DNA of 64,000 nucleotides from Candidatus Bathyarchaeota archaeon. Lineage in GTDB: Archaea; Thermoproteota; Bathyarchaeia; Bathyarchaeales; Bathycorpusculaceae. The DNA lies in assembly GCA_963767735.1 (NCBI GenBank), contig CAVYES010000005.1, positions 288,001 through 352,000 of the forward strand, in the 5' to 3' direction. The notes under the pieces were generated by a model. The model made no database searches, had not been told where the DNA came from, and saw only the letters and a list, made by a program, of their open reading frames with translations. The position numbers were made by a program, and so were the translations under genes. Shown here piece by piece: positions 48,596 through 57,171 of the stretch (positions are counted from its first letter, which is position 1; every line of letters starts with the position of its first letter).

Positions 48596-50131
48596 TTGAA
48601 TCCGAACGAGGATGAGAAATTTCCAACAGCTGACGTTGAAAGATTCGTTAACTGTTACGCTTTAGGTCGGGACAAATGCGAGGGGTCTTCCCATTTCTTG
48701 AGGATAAAAATTCCAAACGGGAGACTTACAGCTGAACAGTTTAGGGCAATAGCTGCTTTGTCTGAAAGATACGGCAGGGGATATGCTGAAATCACAGATA
48801 GACAGAACTTGCAGCTGCATTGGATTGAATCTGAAGATGCCTTGAGCATATTTTCAAAGTTGGAGGCAATCGGTTTCTCCACAGATCACGGCGGGCAGGG
48901 ATACTCCACTGCGCAACACGGCGATGTGCGAGCTATTGTGGGTTGCCCAGCGGCTGGAGTCGACAAATTTGAACTAACCGATGCTTCGCCTATAGTTACG
49001 AAACTAGACAGCTTCTTCAATGGCAATAGGGACTTTTTGGATCTGCCTAGAAAATTTAAAATTTCAGTATCAGGCTGCCAACTGAACTGTGTAAGCCCAG
49101 AAATTCACGACCTCTCCTTTGTGGCAGTAAAACAGCCCGCAGGAAAAGTAGGGTTCGCGGTATTAGTTGGGGGAACTATTGCTGCTGCGCCTCAACTTGC
49201 CCGCCCACTCAACGTACTGGTAAAACCTGACGAAATACTGGACATAACAAGGTGTACTGTTGAAATCTTTAGAGATTTTGGAAGCCGAGAAAGCAAAGCA
49301 AAAGCCCGTTTCAGATGGCTGGTTGACGCGTGGGGAACCGAGAAACTGAGAAAAACCATTGAAGAAAAGATGGGCCGAAGACTTGAAACATACCATCTGG
49401 AGCATTTACCAACCTGCAAGGGCGAACACGTGGGCGTTCAGCCGCAGAAGCAAGAAGGCTACTCGTACATCAGCATCCCCGTCTTGTGCGGTGTATTGTC
49501 AAGTGACAAAATGCTAAAGATCGCCCAAATCGCTGAGGAACACGGCGGCGGAGAGTTGCGGCTAACTCCGTTCCAAAACATAATATTCTCCAAGATCCAA
49601 AACGAATCCGTTGATCAAGTTCTAAAAACCCTCAAAGAAGAGGGATATTCCACGTCCAGTGCGAACCTGAAGTGGACAACTCTCGCGTGCGCCGGCAACT
49701 TTTGCGGCAAAACTCTTGATCACCCAAAAAAACGCGCGACAGAAGCAACAAATTACCTGGAAAGCCGCTTCGGAGAAGCCCTAAAGAACGAAAAGTTGCG
49801 CATCAGCTTTAGCGGTTGCCCAAACGGTTGCGCTCGACACCTAACCGCAGACATCGGATTGCAGGGTACACAGTTAACTTCTAAAGGAAAAACTTTACTT
49901 GGCTACAACATTTACGTCAGAGCAAACTGCGGATCAAATGTTGCACTCGGAAGACTAATCCAACGCGGGATCAACGCAGAAAAAGCCAAGTTTGCCATCG
50001 CCAACCTTATAGATGCCTACCTAAAGGATGGCGCAAACGCAAGCTTCAATGAATTCTGTAACGGAAAAACTGTTGAAGAACTGCAAGCTATCCTAAATTT
50101 TAATGGAGAGATTAAAAACAGTGCCAGTTAA
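48596..50131 (+). CDS. Ferredoxin-dependent siroheme nitrite/sulfite reductase
   Basis: ITDRQNLQLH, LPRKFKISVSGC, KARFRWLV, CAGNFC, SGCPNGC, ADIGLQG. Confidence 0.9.
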   Translation: MNPNEDEKFPTADVERFVNCYALGRDKCEGSSHFLRIKIPNGRLTAEQFRAIAALSERYGRGYAEITDRQNLQLHWIESEDALSIFSKLEAIGFSTDHGGQGYSTAQHGDVRAIVGCPAAGVDKFELTDASPIVTKLDSFFNGNRDFLDLPRKFKISVSGCQLNCVSPEIHDLSFVAVKQPAGKVGFAVLVGGTIAAAPQLARPLNVLVKPDEILDITRCTVEIFRDFGSRESKAKARFRWLVDAWGTEKLRKTIEEKMGRRLETYHLEHLPTCKGEHVGVQPQKQEGYSYISIPVLCGVLSSDKMLKIAQIAEEHGGGELRLTPFQNIIFSKIQNESVDQVLKTLKEEGYSTSSANLKWTTLACAGNFCGKTLDHPKKRATEATNYLESRFGEALKNEKLRISFSGCPNGCARHLTADIGLQGTQLTSKGKTLLGYNIYVRANCGSNVALGRLIQRGINAEKAKFAIANLIDAYLKDGANASFNEFCNGKTVEELQAILNFNGEIKNSAS

Positions 50132-50378
50132 CTTGGTAAAAGTGAGCGAGCGAAATTACGCAATAGATGTGCGTGGTTACACGTGTCCTTTTCCCGAGAT
50201 TTACATGGCTAGAGCATTGGCGCAGATGTCGGCGGGTCAACTCTTGGAAGTGACGTCAGATAATCCGGCATCATGCGATGGAATCTCGTCAACCGCCAAA
50301 AAATCCCAAAGCGATGTCCGAGAAACAACAAAAATCAACATTTCCACTTGGAAAATCATAATACAAAAAAATGAATAG
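50103..50378 (+). CDS. tusA: TusA-family sulfur carrier
   Basis: IDVRGYTCPFP motif; overlaps the reductase stop. Confidence 0.85.
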   Translation: MERLKTVPVNLVKVSERNYAIDVRGYTCPFPEIYMARALAQMSAGQLLEVTSDNPASCDGISSTAKKSQSDVRETTKINISTWKIIIQKNE

Positions 50379-50444
50379 AGCCTGAAAAAGTTGAAGTGGC
50401 TAAGATAAAGCCGGGTGAGTTAGAGCATTAATTTACAAATTACT

Positions 50445-50891
50445 TTAATGTATGTAGTCTAGGGTTTTGTTTTCTGTTTCTCGGATTTCTTTCATGGATT
50501 CGTATTGTGCTTCGATTAGGATTTTGAGGGCGTCAATGTTCTTTTTTATGTCTTCTAGCTCCGCGTTTTTTAGAAGAACACCTGATTTTATGAGTTGGTC
50601 GTTGATGGTGCCAACTGTTACTTCAAGCACTTTTACTTTAAACGCGAATATCTGAAGTGTATAGAGCAAACTAAGCTGTGAGTTTAAGGCTTCTAACTGG
50701 TCTAAATAACGGGTTTTGCGAATAAACGCCTTGATTTTTTGCTCGTCAGAAGCCTGAGGTGACTGCATTATTTGGTCATAAACAGCCGATTGCTTCCAAG
50801 TCGCCTGTTTTGTGTCATCAGCAAGTTTCTGTATACGCTTAGCGGTTTTATCTAACATATCTAATACTTCATCCAAACGGTTCTCCCCCAA
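50445..50891 (-). CDS. Helical/coiled-coil hypothetical protein
   Basis: 148-aa ORF with amphipathic helices. Confidence 0.65.
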   Translation of the reverse strand: MGENRLDEVLDMLDKTAKRIQKLADDTKQATWKQSAVYDQIMQSPQASDEQKIKAFIRKTRYLDQLEALNSQLSLLYTLQIFAFKVKVLEVTVGTINDQLIKSGVLLKNAELEDIKKNIDALKILIEAQYESMKEIRETENKTLDYIH

Positions 50892-51036
50892 ATTAACGTC
50901 AATGTACTTTCATGAAACTGTAACAACCATTATATATAATTTTAAACTTAAACACAAACAAGGCTTCTTTGAAAATTTTTCGAGAATCTGCTTTATCTTT
51001 AACCGCCTAAATTCGCCTGGTGCCTCAAGCATCTTA

Positions 51037-51366
51037 CTATTTGTGTTCAAGCAAGATGGATGTTCCCTCAACTTTGACGGTGTAGGCAGTTTCGTTGTTG
51101 ATTTTAGGATGCATGAAGAGCACTTTTGGAGGAGAAACCACTTTGCCGTTTGTTACGTCAAATTGTGCTTTATGCTTGGAGCAAGTTACAATGTTTCCCT
51201 GCAGTGTCCCCTTTGAAAGGTTTCCGCGTTCATGAGAGCAGACGTTTCCAATAGCGTAGTACACGCCATTTACGTTTGCAAGCAAAATTTCTTCAGCCCC
51301 AAATTTAACGGCTTTCATTTGCCCAGCCGATATCTCTGTGGTTTCAGCGACTTTTTCAAAAACCAT
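51037..51366 (-). CDS. Rieske-type [2Fe-2S] ferredoxin
   Basis: CSH...CSKH ligands, AQFDVTNG. Confidence 0.9.
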   Translation of the reverse strand: MVFEKVAETTEISAGQMKAVKFGAEEILLANVNGVYYAIGNVCSHERGNLSKGTLQGNIVTCSKHKAQFDVTNGKVVSPPKVLFMHPKINNETAYTVKVEGTSILLEHK

Positions 51367-51398
51367 TTTTCCACCTCATCTTTCACATAATTCGTTCA

Positions 51399-52031
51399 TT
51401 AGTTGCTTATTGCGGGTGCTTGTCGCAGATATTTGGTGTCTTCTATTTGCTTGAGCATAAAGTCCGCGATGTCTGCACGCCTTATCTGTGTTCCAACTTC
51501 TTCTGAGCCAACGTAGCCTACTTTGACTTTTCCAGATTTCGGCTTATTATTTAGAATTGCCAACCGCACAATCGTCCAGTCAAGATCTGAGGCACGCACG
51601 GTTTCGGCGACGCTGACGATGTCTTCATAAGCGGCATGCATAGTGGTTTTTACAAGGTTCACCATGGCTCTGGTTCTGAAGTCCGGTTTGTCGCCTGCGT
51701 CTTTGGCGCTCAACGTCGATGTCATGATTAGTCTGCGCACACCTTGGTTCTTCATGGCTGCAATAATGTTCTGCATTCCCTGTGTTAGCGGCTTGTCTTT
51801 TGAGCCTCCCCGCGGACCCAACGCACTAAGAACCGCATCGGCCCCTTTAACGGCGGTTTCAACTAACGCAGGGTTAGACAGTTCACCCTGAATAACCGTT
51901 AGATGCTCACTACTGATGTTGAGCTTGGAGGGGTTGCGAGCATAGGCGACAACGTCATATCCCGCTGCCAGTGCCTGCTCAACAATTTGTTTGCCGGTTC
52001 CGCCGCTTGGTCCAAAAACTGTAATTCTCAT
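51399..52031 (-). CDS. NAD(P)H-binding flavin/biliverdin reductase-like protein
   Basis: VFGPSGGTG, DWTIVR, IRRADIADFML. Confidence 0.88.
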   Translation of the reverse strand: MRITVFGPSGGTGKQIVEQALAAGYDVVAYARNPSKLNISSEHLTVIQGELSNPALVETAVKGADAVLSALGPRGGSKDKPLTQGMQNIIAAMKNQGVRRLIMTSTLSAKDAGDKPDFRTRAMVNLVKTTMHAAYEDIVSVAETVRASDLDWTIVRLAILNNKPKSGKVKVGYVGSEEVGTQIRRADIADFMLKQIEDTKYLRQAPAISN

Positions 52032-52310
52032 CTACTCATCTCACTTAAAGCATCTGTTACTATGCTGTTACATTTGAGTTGCAATTCCAAATCAACATAT
52101 ATAATCGGAATATTTATAATTTGTTCAAATATATCGGAACGGATTATATGCTATAAAACTCAGTTGAGTTTTCTTGGCTCTCAGGGCGCAGGGAAATAGA
52201 ATTTTAAACTTCTCCCTTTTCTTCGCTAAGCACATAATTTTTTTAGTAAAATTTTTTTGACTAACCATCTTAAAAGAATCCGTTGATTAGTTGTAAATGG
52301 TGAATTAGCT

Positions 52311-52826
52311 TTGGATAAAGAGTCGCCAAATGAAAGCTTGGAAGAATCAATCTTTAAGACTTTAAGTCACCAGACCCGCCGAGATATTCTCAGGGTCATC
52401 GGCGAACAGAAACAAGCGTCATTTACCCAAATAAAAAACAGCGTCAAAGTTGAAGACAGCGCCTCGTTATCATACCACCTAAACACTCTCCAACCTCTTA
52501 TTACCCAAAAAAGCGGAAAGTATGTTTTGTCTTAGCTTGGGCAAGACGCTTATGCCTTAATCAATAAAACAACGGTTTACACAGAATCAAATTCAACGCT
52601 GAATTTTTTGAGAACCAAAATCCCATTGGTTATTGTTGCAAATGCTGTTCTTTGGCCATTGGCTCTGCTTTTGACCACCTACTTTGAAGGCGGGTCGGTG
52701 ATATATTCCATTATAATTTTTGTTGCCCTATGGTACGTCAGCCACCTTATTCTGAATTCGCTCTTGCGAAAGCTGAAGGTAAAACCGTGCCTAATGCGAA
52801 ACAGAAATTTAGCAAATAACTTTTAG
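52311..52826 (+). pseudogene. ArsR-type wHTH + 2-TM membrane-tethered regulator interrupted by in-frame TAG (52533-52535)
   Basis: IFKTLSHQTRRDIL...LSYHL...GKYVLS*LGQDAY... continues in frame into the hydrophobic ORF at 52608-52826. Confidence 0.75.
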
Positions 52827-52940
52827 TTTGGATTTAGCCGGCGGTTTTTAGTTAATGTTAGTTGCGGTTAAGTTTTTGTGCTTAACTGACGGTGTTGTTT
52901 TAATTTTGTTGTTTTGTTGTTACCAGCGGTTTTGCTGCCA

Positions 52941-53068
52941 TTTTTGATCAGTTTATTTTGGGTTGCTTTTTTGGTTTAGACTTTAAATTAAAGTTAGGCT
53001 ACGGTTAAAAACGGTTAATAATGGTTAAGTCTGGTTTAACGGTTGTATTTGGCAGGAAAAGGTTTAAC
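52941..53068 (+). repeat. 62-bp leader + ~7 x 10-bp GGTT array (copy E)
   Basis: Shares TTTTGGGTTGCTTTTTTGGTTTAG with copy D; GGTT at 53003, 53013, 53023, 53033, 53041 and 53061. Confidence 0.82.
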
Positions 53069-53342
53069 CCCCTAACACACTCAGTTAGCTTCAAAGCAGC
53101 CATAGGTAAGGAAACCGAATACAAATCCCCACACTCATCAGATGGGAATTCAAACTAGAATCCACCCAACTCCTAACAGTACACGTCCGATTGTTTGGCC
53201 GCGGAATCGACGAAACCTTCCACACAAAAATGAACAAGACGGCCGCATACTTATTCCCCTTTTGACATTGGCGCTAATCTCACGAGAAGAAAAGCCAGCT
53301 CTTGCAGGTCACATTTTTAAGGTATCGTTTGAACCCACATGA
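53069..53342 (+). pseudogene. Near-full-length decayed paralog of the tandem-AbrB (MraZ-like) gene
   Basis: PLTHSVSF.../GNRIQIPTLIRWEFKLESTQLL...FHTKMN/DGRILIPLLTL...LAGHIFKVSFEPT* aligns end-to-end with 29911-30189; no start codon, two frameshifts. Confidence 0.85.
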
Positions 53343-53399
53343 CAAGGTACTGGTAAATGTCGAGCAAAAATGTAAGCTAAACCGTACAGCTTTTATTTT

Positions 53400-55217
53400 T
53401 TATTTGCTTTCTGTTGGTTTAACTTGGTTCAGCGCCGTAACCCATTCTTTTGTGTTCATTAAGCATGGCGCAGACGGGTACTTTTTCTTGTATTCATGGC
53501 TTAGTCTCACTGCCATCGGTGGGATTATGCCGGCTTTTTCAAGTAATTCTGCATTTGAGAAGAAACCCCTTGTTGATCCGTCGTATGTTACGGCTCCGTT
53601 ATGCATAACTATGACTCTTTTTGTGTGTTCCGAAACCAGTGTCATATCGTGAGTAATAGCTAAGATTGTGGTGCCAGCCTTGTTTAGTTCTTCAAGCAGG
53701 TTCATGATGTCTTCTGACATTCTGAAGTCTTGACCAGTCGTTGGCTCATCCACTATCATTATTTTCGGGTTCATGGCAAGAATAGAAGCTACGGTTAATC
53801 TTCTCTTTTCGCCTTTTCCCAAAAACATCGGGTCCTCATCGATTTTTGAGAGCAAACCAACGCTCTTCAACGCTTCTTTGACTCTTTGATCCAATTCTTG
53901 CTGCGGCGTCTTTAGGTTTCGCAGTCCATAAGCCACTTCGTCATAGACTTTTCTCATGAAAATCTGGTTGTCAGGGTTTTGGAATACGTATCCGACGTAG
54001 CAGGGTATTTTCTCAATCACTTTCTTGTTTCGCAGGTCCATTCCCATTACTTTCGCTTCACCCTGGAACTTCTTGTACAAGCCGCTGATTATCTTGGATA
54101 TTGTCGATTTACCTGCCCCGTTTTGCCCTATAAGTCCCACATATTCTCCTTGTTTTATGGCGAAGGTTACTCCTTTAAGAGCTTGTGTTCCATCTTCGTA
54201 GGAGAAGCCAAGGTCCTTGACGCTTATGATTTCTTCAGCTTTCTCGTCAGGCGGGTCATCCTCAATGTTTGCCAAAGCGTTTTGTTTCTTGTCGTTAAAC
54301 GCCGCCATAATTTCTTCGACAGTGAAGGGAACTCTGCCATTGTAACTTAATTTTGACTGCCATCCAATCCTTGTTATGTCAGATGCATAAAGCCCATTTT
54401 CATCAAACAGCTTCGATTGGCAGTAAACTTGTTCTGTGGTGCCGTATGCAATCATTTCCCCGTTGTTTATGGCAAGCACCTTGTCAGCGTATTTTTGGAT
54501 GACTTCAGGGTTATGTTCAACTATAACTATTGTCAAGTCATACTGACTTCTTATGTTATCAATAGCCTGAATGATACTTAGCTTCCCTTCAGGATCAAGA
54601 TTAGACATGGGTTCATCCAGCACCAGCAGGTCTGGCCGCAGGGCAATGAAAGAAGCAATTGCCGCCCTTTGCTTTTGTCCTCCTGACAGCTCGCTCGGGT
54701 GAATAAGGTCTGCGATCTGCCACAAGTTACCCAAACCGACAATTTCCAATGCTTCTTTGGCCCTTCGCTCAATTTCGTCTACAGGCAACCCAAGAAGCTC
54801 CATGCCGAAGCTAATTTCATGGAGAAGATCCATTCTTAAAAACTGGTTTTCTGGGTCTTGGAGAAGAAGTCCAACTCTTGGAGTTGCCTGTTTCAAACCG
54901 ACAACTTTGTCAACTAATTTGCCAGTTTTCTCATCAGTTACCGATTCAACTTTAGTCAGTGTTTGCCCGAAAAGTTTTATTTCGCCTTTTATGTGCTCTC
55001 TTGCTTTGCCCAACGGAACCGTGAAAACATGCGGTATTATTCCAGTCAAGGCGTAACAGAGTGTAGTTTTACCTGCGCCGCTGGGTCCGATAATACCGAA
55101 GAAATCGCCTTTGTCAACTTTAAATGACAGACCCTTCAAAGTGAAAGGGTTCTCGGTTCCTACGTAAGTTCGGTATTTCCACCAGAAATCGTTGACTTCC
55201 AATACCGACATGCCCAT
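53400..55217 (-). CDS. ECF transporter fused double ATPase
   Basis: Two Walker A motifs (GPSGAGKT, GQNGAGKS), QDPENQ / QNPDNQ, LSGGQ. Confidence 0.93.
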   Translation of the reverse strand: MGMSVLEVNDFWWKYRTYVGTENPFTLKGLSFKVDKGDFFGIIGPSGAGKTTLCYALTGIIPHVFTVPLGKAREHIKGEIKLFGQTLTKVESVTDEKTGKLVDKVVGLKQATPRVGLLLQDPENQFLRMDLLHEISFGMELLGLPVDEIERRAKEALEIVGLGNLWQIADLIHPSELSGGQKQRAAIASFIALRPDLLVLDEPMSNLDPEGKLSIIQAIDNIRSQYDLTIVIVEHNPEVIQKYADKVLAINNGEMIAYGTTEQVYCQSKLFDENGLYASDITRIGWQSKLSYNGRVPFTVEEIMAAFNDKKQNALANIEDDPPDEKAEEIISVKDLGFSYEDGTQALKGVTFAIKQGEYVGLIGQNGAGKSTISKIISGLYKKFQGEAKVMGMDLRNKKVIEKIPCYVGYVFQNPDNQIFMRKVYDEVAYGLRNLKTPQQELDQRVKEALKSVGLLSKIDEDPMFLGKGEKRRLTVASILAMNPKIMIVDEPTTGQDFRMSEDIMNLLEELNKAGTTILAITHDMTLVSEHTKRVIVMHNGAVTYDGSTRGFFSNAELLEKAGIIPPMAVRLSHEYKKKYPSAPCLMNTKEWVTALNQVKPTESK

Positions 55218-55222
55218 CTACC

Positions 55223-56281
55223 TCACAGTAAGGCGGTGATGGAGTGCCCAAGGAAGACCACGTATATTAATAGTGCGGCTAATATCGCAATTATCGTAAA
55301 GTCCACTACGCTTAATCGCTTTGTCTCCTTATAATCCGTCATTTTGTTTGATGATTCAAAACCTCTAGCGTAGAGCGCCACACCCATCTCTGTGGATCGC
55401 CTAATCATGCTTGCCACTAATGGAATAGACGTATATCCAAGGTCTATAATTCTGGAAAATATGTTTTTTCGAACAACGTTTGCCGCTCTTGCCGTTTGAG
55501 CCATTCTAATATCCTGATAATCCAGCAATAACGTGTTTAGGTTTCTGAACATTAGTGTCACGAAAAACGCTTTCCTAATCGAAACTTTGAACTGTCTGAA
55601 AACTCCAGCAATCTCAACATCTCTGGTCGTTAAAACAAAAAGGAAAGCGGTATAGATCATTACACTATACCCGAGAGCCTTTGATAAAGCAACAGTAGGG
55701 GACCATTGAGGAATTTGAAAAGTAAAACTTGTTCCTAAGGGAACCTTTAGCCATGTAGCCAATGGAGAAAGAGTTAGGACACTCGGCATCACCGCAAACC
55801 ACCCCAATAATAGTGAGGGTATAAGAGACAACACGATATTTCTGCTCTTATAATAAACGAGGGCAAAAACTCCCGCGAAAACTAATGTTGAAACTCCAAT
55901 AGGCAAGAACCCCGGCCAAAAATACAAAGTCATTTTTGCTCCTGGTAAAGAATTGTTAAAGAACAGCCAATAGAAGAACTCGCCTAAAATCACTGGCACC
56001 GCCAGTAAAAGATAAGAATTTGCAAGGTGCTTTGTGGTTCCGGACATTACCAACAGTGTGAATACTAAAACTAGCAAAAGAATTAACCCAAATATGTCTG
56101 GTCCGCCTTTGGTTACGGGGATATCAAACATGTATAGAGCAAGAACAGACATCACCACAATCATCGTTAATTTTGTTATTACATGAAGTTTCTCAATTGG
56201 TGTTCCCGTACGCATAGAAAAAATAAAGGTGGATACGTACTTCTTGGAAGTACGACGTGCTTCCACGTCTTGACTTGCCAA
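55223..56281 (-). CDS. ecfT: ECF transporter T component
   Basis: TM helices with AQTARA and ALYARGF Arg motifs. Confidence 0.88.
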   Translation of the reverse strand: MASQDVEARRTSKKYVSTFIFSMRTGTPIEKLHVITKLTMIVVMSVLALYMFDIPVTKGGPDIFGLILLLVLVFTLLVMSGTTKHLANSYLLLAVPVILGEFFYWLFFNNSLPGAKMTLYFWPGFLPIGVSTLVFAGVFALVYYKSRNIVLSLIPSLLLGWFAVMPSVLTLSPLATWLKVPLGTSFTFQIPQWSPTVALSKALGYSVMIYTAFLFVLTTRDVEIAGVFRQFKVSIRKAFFVTLMFRNLNTLLLDYQDIRMAQTARAANVVRKNIFSRIIDLGYTSIPLVASMIRRSTEMGVALYARGFESSNKMTDYKETKRLSVVDFTIIAILAALLIYVVFLGHSITALL

Positions 56282-56319
56282 CTAGATTTCCTCTTAAATT
56301 TTTTGGAGAAGTTTGGTTC

Positions 56320-57024
56320 TCAAGTTACCCAGCCGTGGTTTATGAGGCCCTGCCTTTCGACGAGATTTGTGAGTCCTTTGACAAGCACCGGAGTTATTAC
56401 TACCATTGCCACCAAGTCGCCTACGAACCATCCCCACCAGTATAGCCAGAAGAGGTTACTTGGAATGAGTCCCATTTGATATTGTATTCCAATGCCAAGC
56501 TCTGCACTGATTAAGTTCAGTATGACTCCGTTAATGAGCACAAACCAAACCCATGCCATCGGTCTTTTTGTTTTGACCCCCGCAATTTCTTTTTCCGTTA
56601 AGTCCCTCCACAATGGGTCAAAGCCTCGCTTTGAAAGCAGCCCACGGTAGACTATGAATGCTACTAATGGCGGAACAAAGTCACTTATAGCATACACAAT
56701 CGATGGAACTAGAGGTACACCGACGAACAGTCCTGCTCCGAGCACACAGCCAATATATGCAGCACCAATGCCCCATATTCCCCACCACATGGTAAACACC
56801 AAGAAGAATGGGTACACAAAGTAGAAAAATGAGATTCCAGAGAAATTTATTGGACCAAGCGCCACGTAGCTTAAGTATGATAAAACAATGATTGCCGCGA
56901 TCTGCACTGCGTACAGTACATATTGCGTTGTAGAGACGGGTTCTCCTCTTCCCATTTTCAATCCATAGTTGCTCCAAGGATACTTATTTTGCGTATTAGA
57001 TACTGTCTTTCCTTCCCCACTCAA
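56320..57024 (-). CDS. Putative ECF substrate-binding (S) component
   Basis: About six TM helices, first gene of the ECF operon. Confidence 0.7.
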   Translation of the reverse strand: MSGEGKTVSNTQNKYPWSNYGLKMGRGEPVSTTQYVLYAVQIAAIIVLSYLSYVALGPINFSGISFFYFVYPFFLVFTMWWGIWGIGAAYIGCVLGAGLFVGVPLVPSIVYAISDFVPPLVAFIVYRGLLSKRGFDPLWRDLTEKEIAGVKTKRPMAWVWFVLINGVILNLISAELGIGIQYQMGLIPSNLFWLYWWGWFVGDLVAMVVITPVLVKGLTNLVERQGLINHGWVT

Positions 57025-57171
57025 ATGAATCCCCGCTTCTCTTAGTCAGCGCTATCACTATTTAATACTTTTCAACAAAATTTAAACGAACTTTTCCATC
57101 ACAATTTCTTCAAAAATCAGCTTCCAGCAAGCTAAATTCAAACAAAATCAGCCGCATTTTTCCTACCAACC

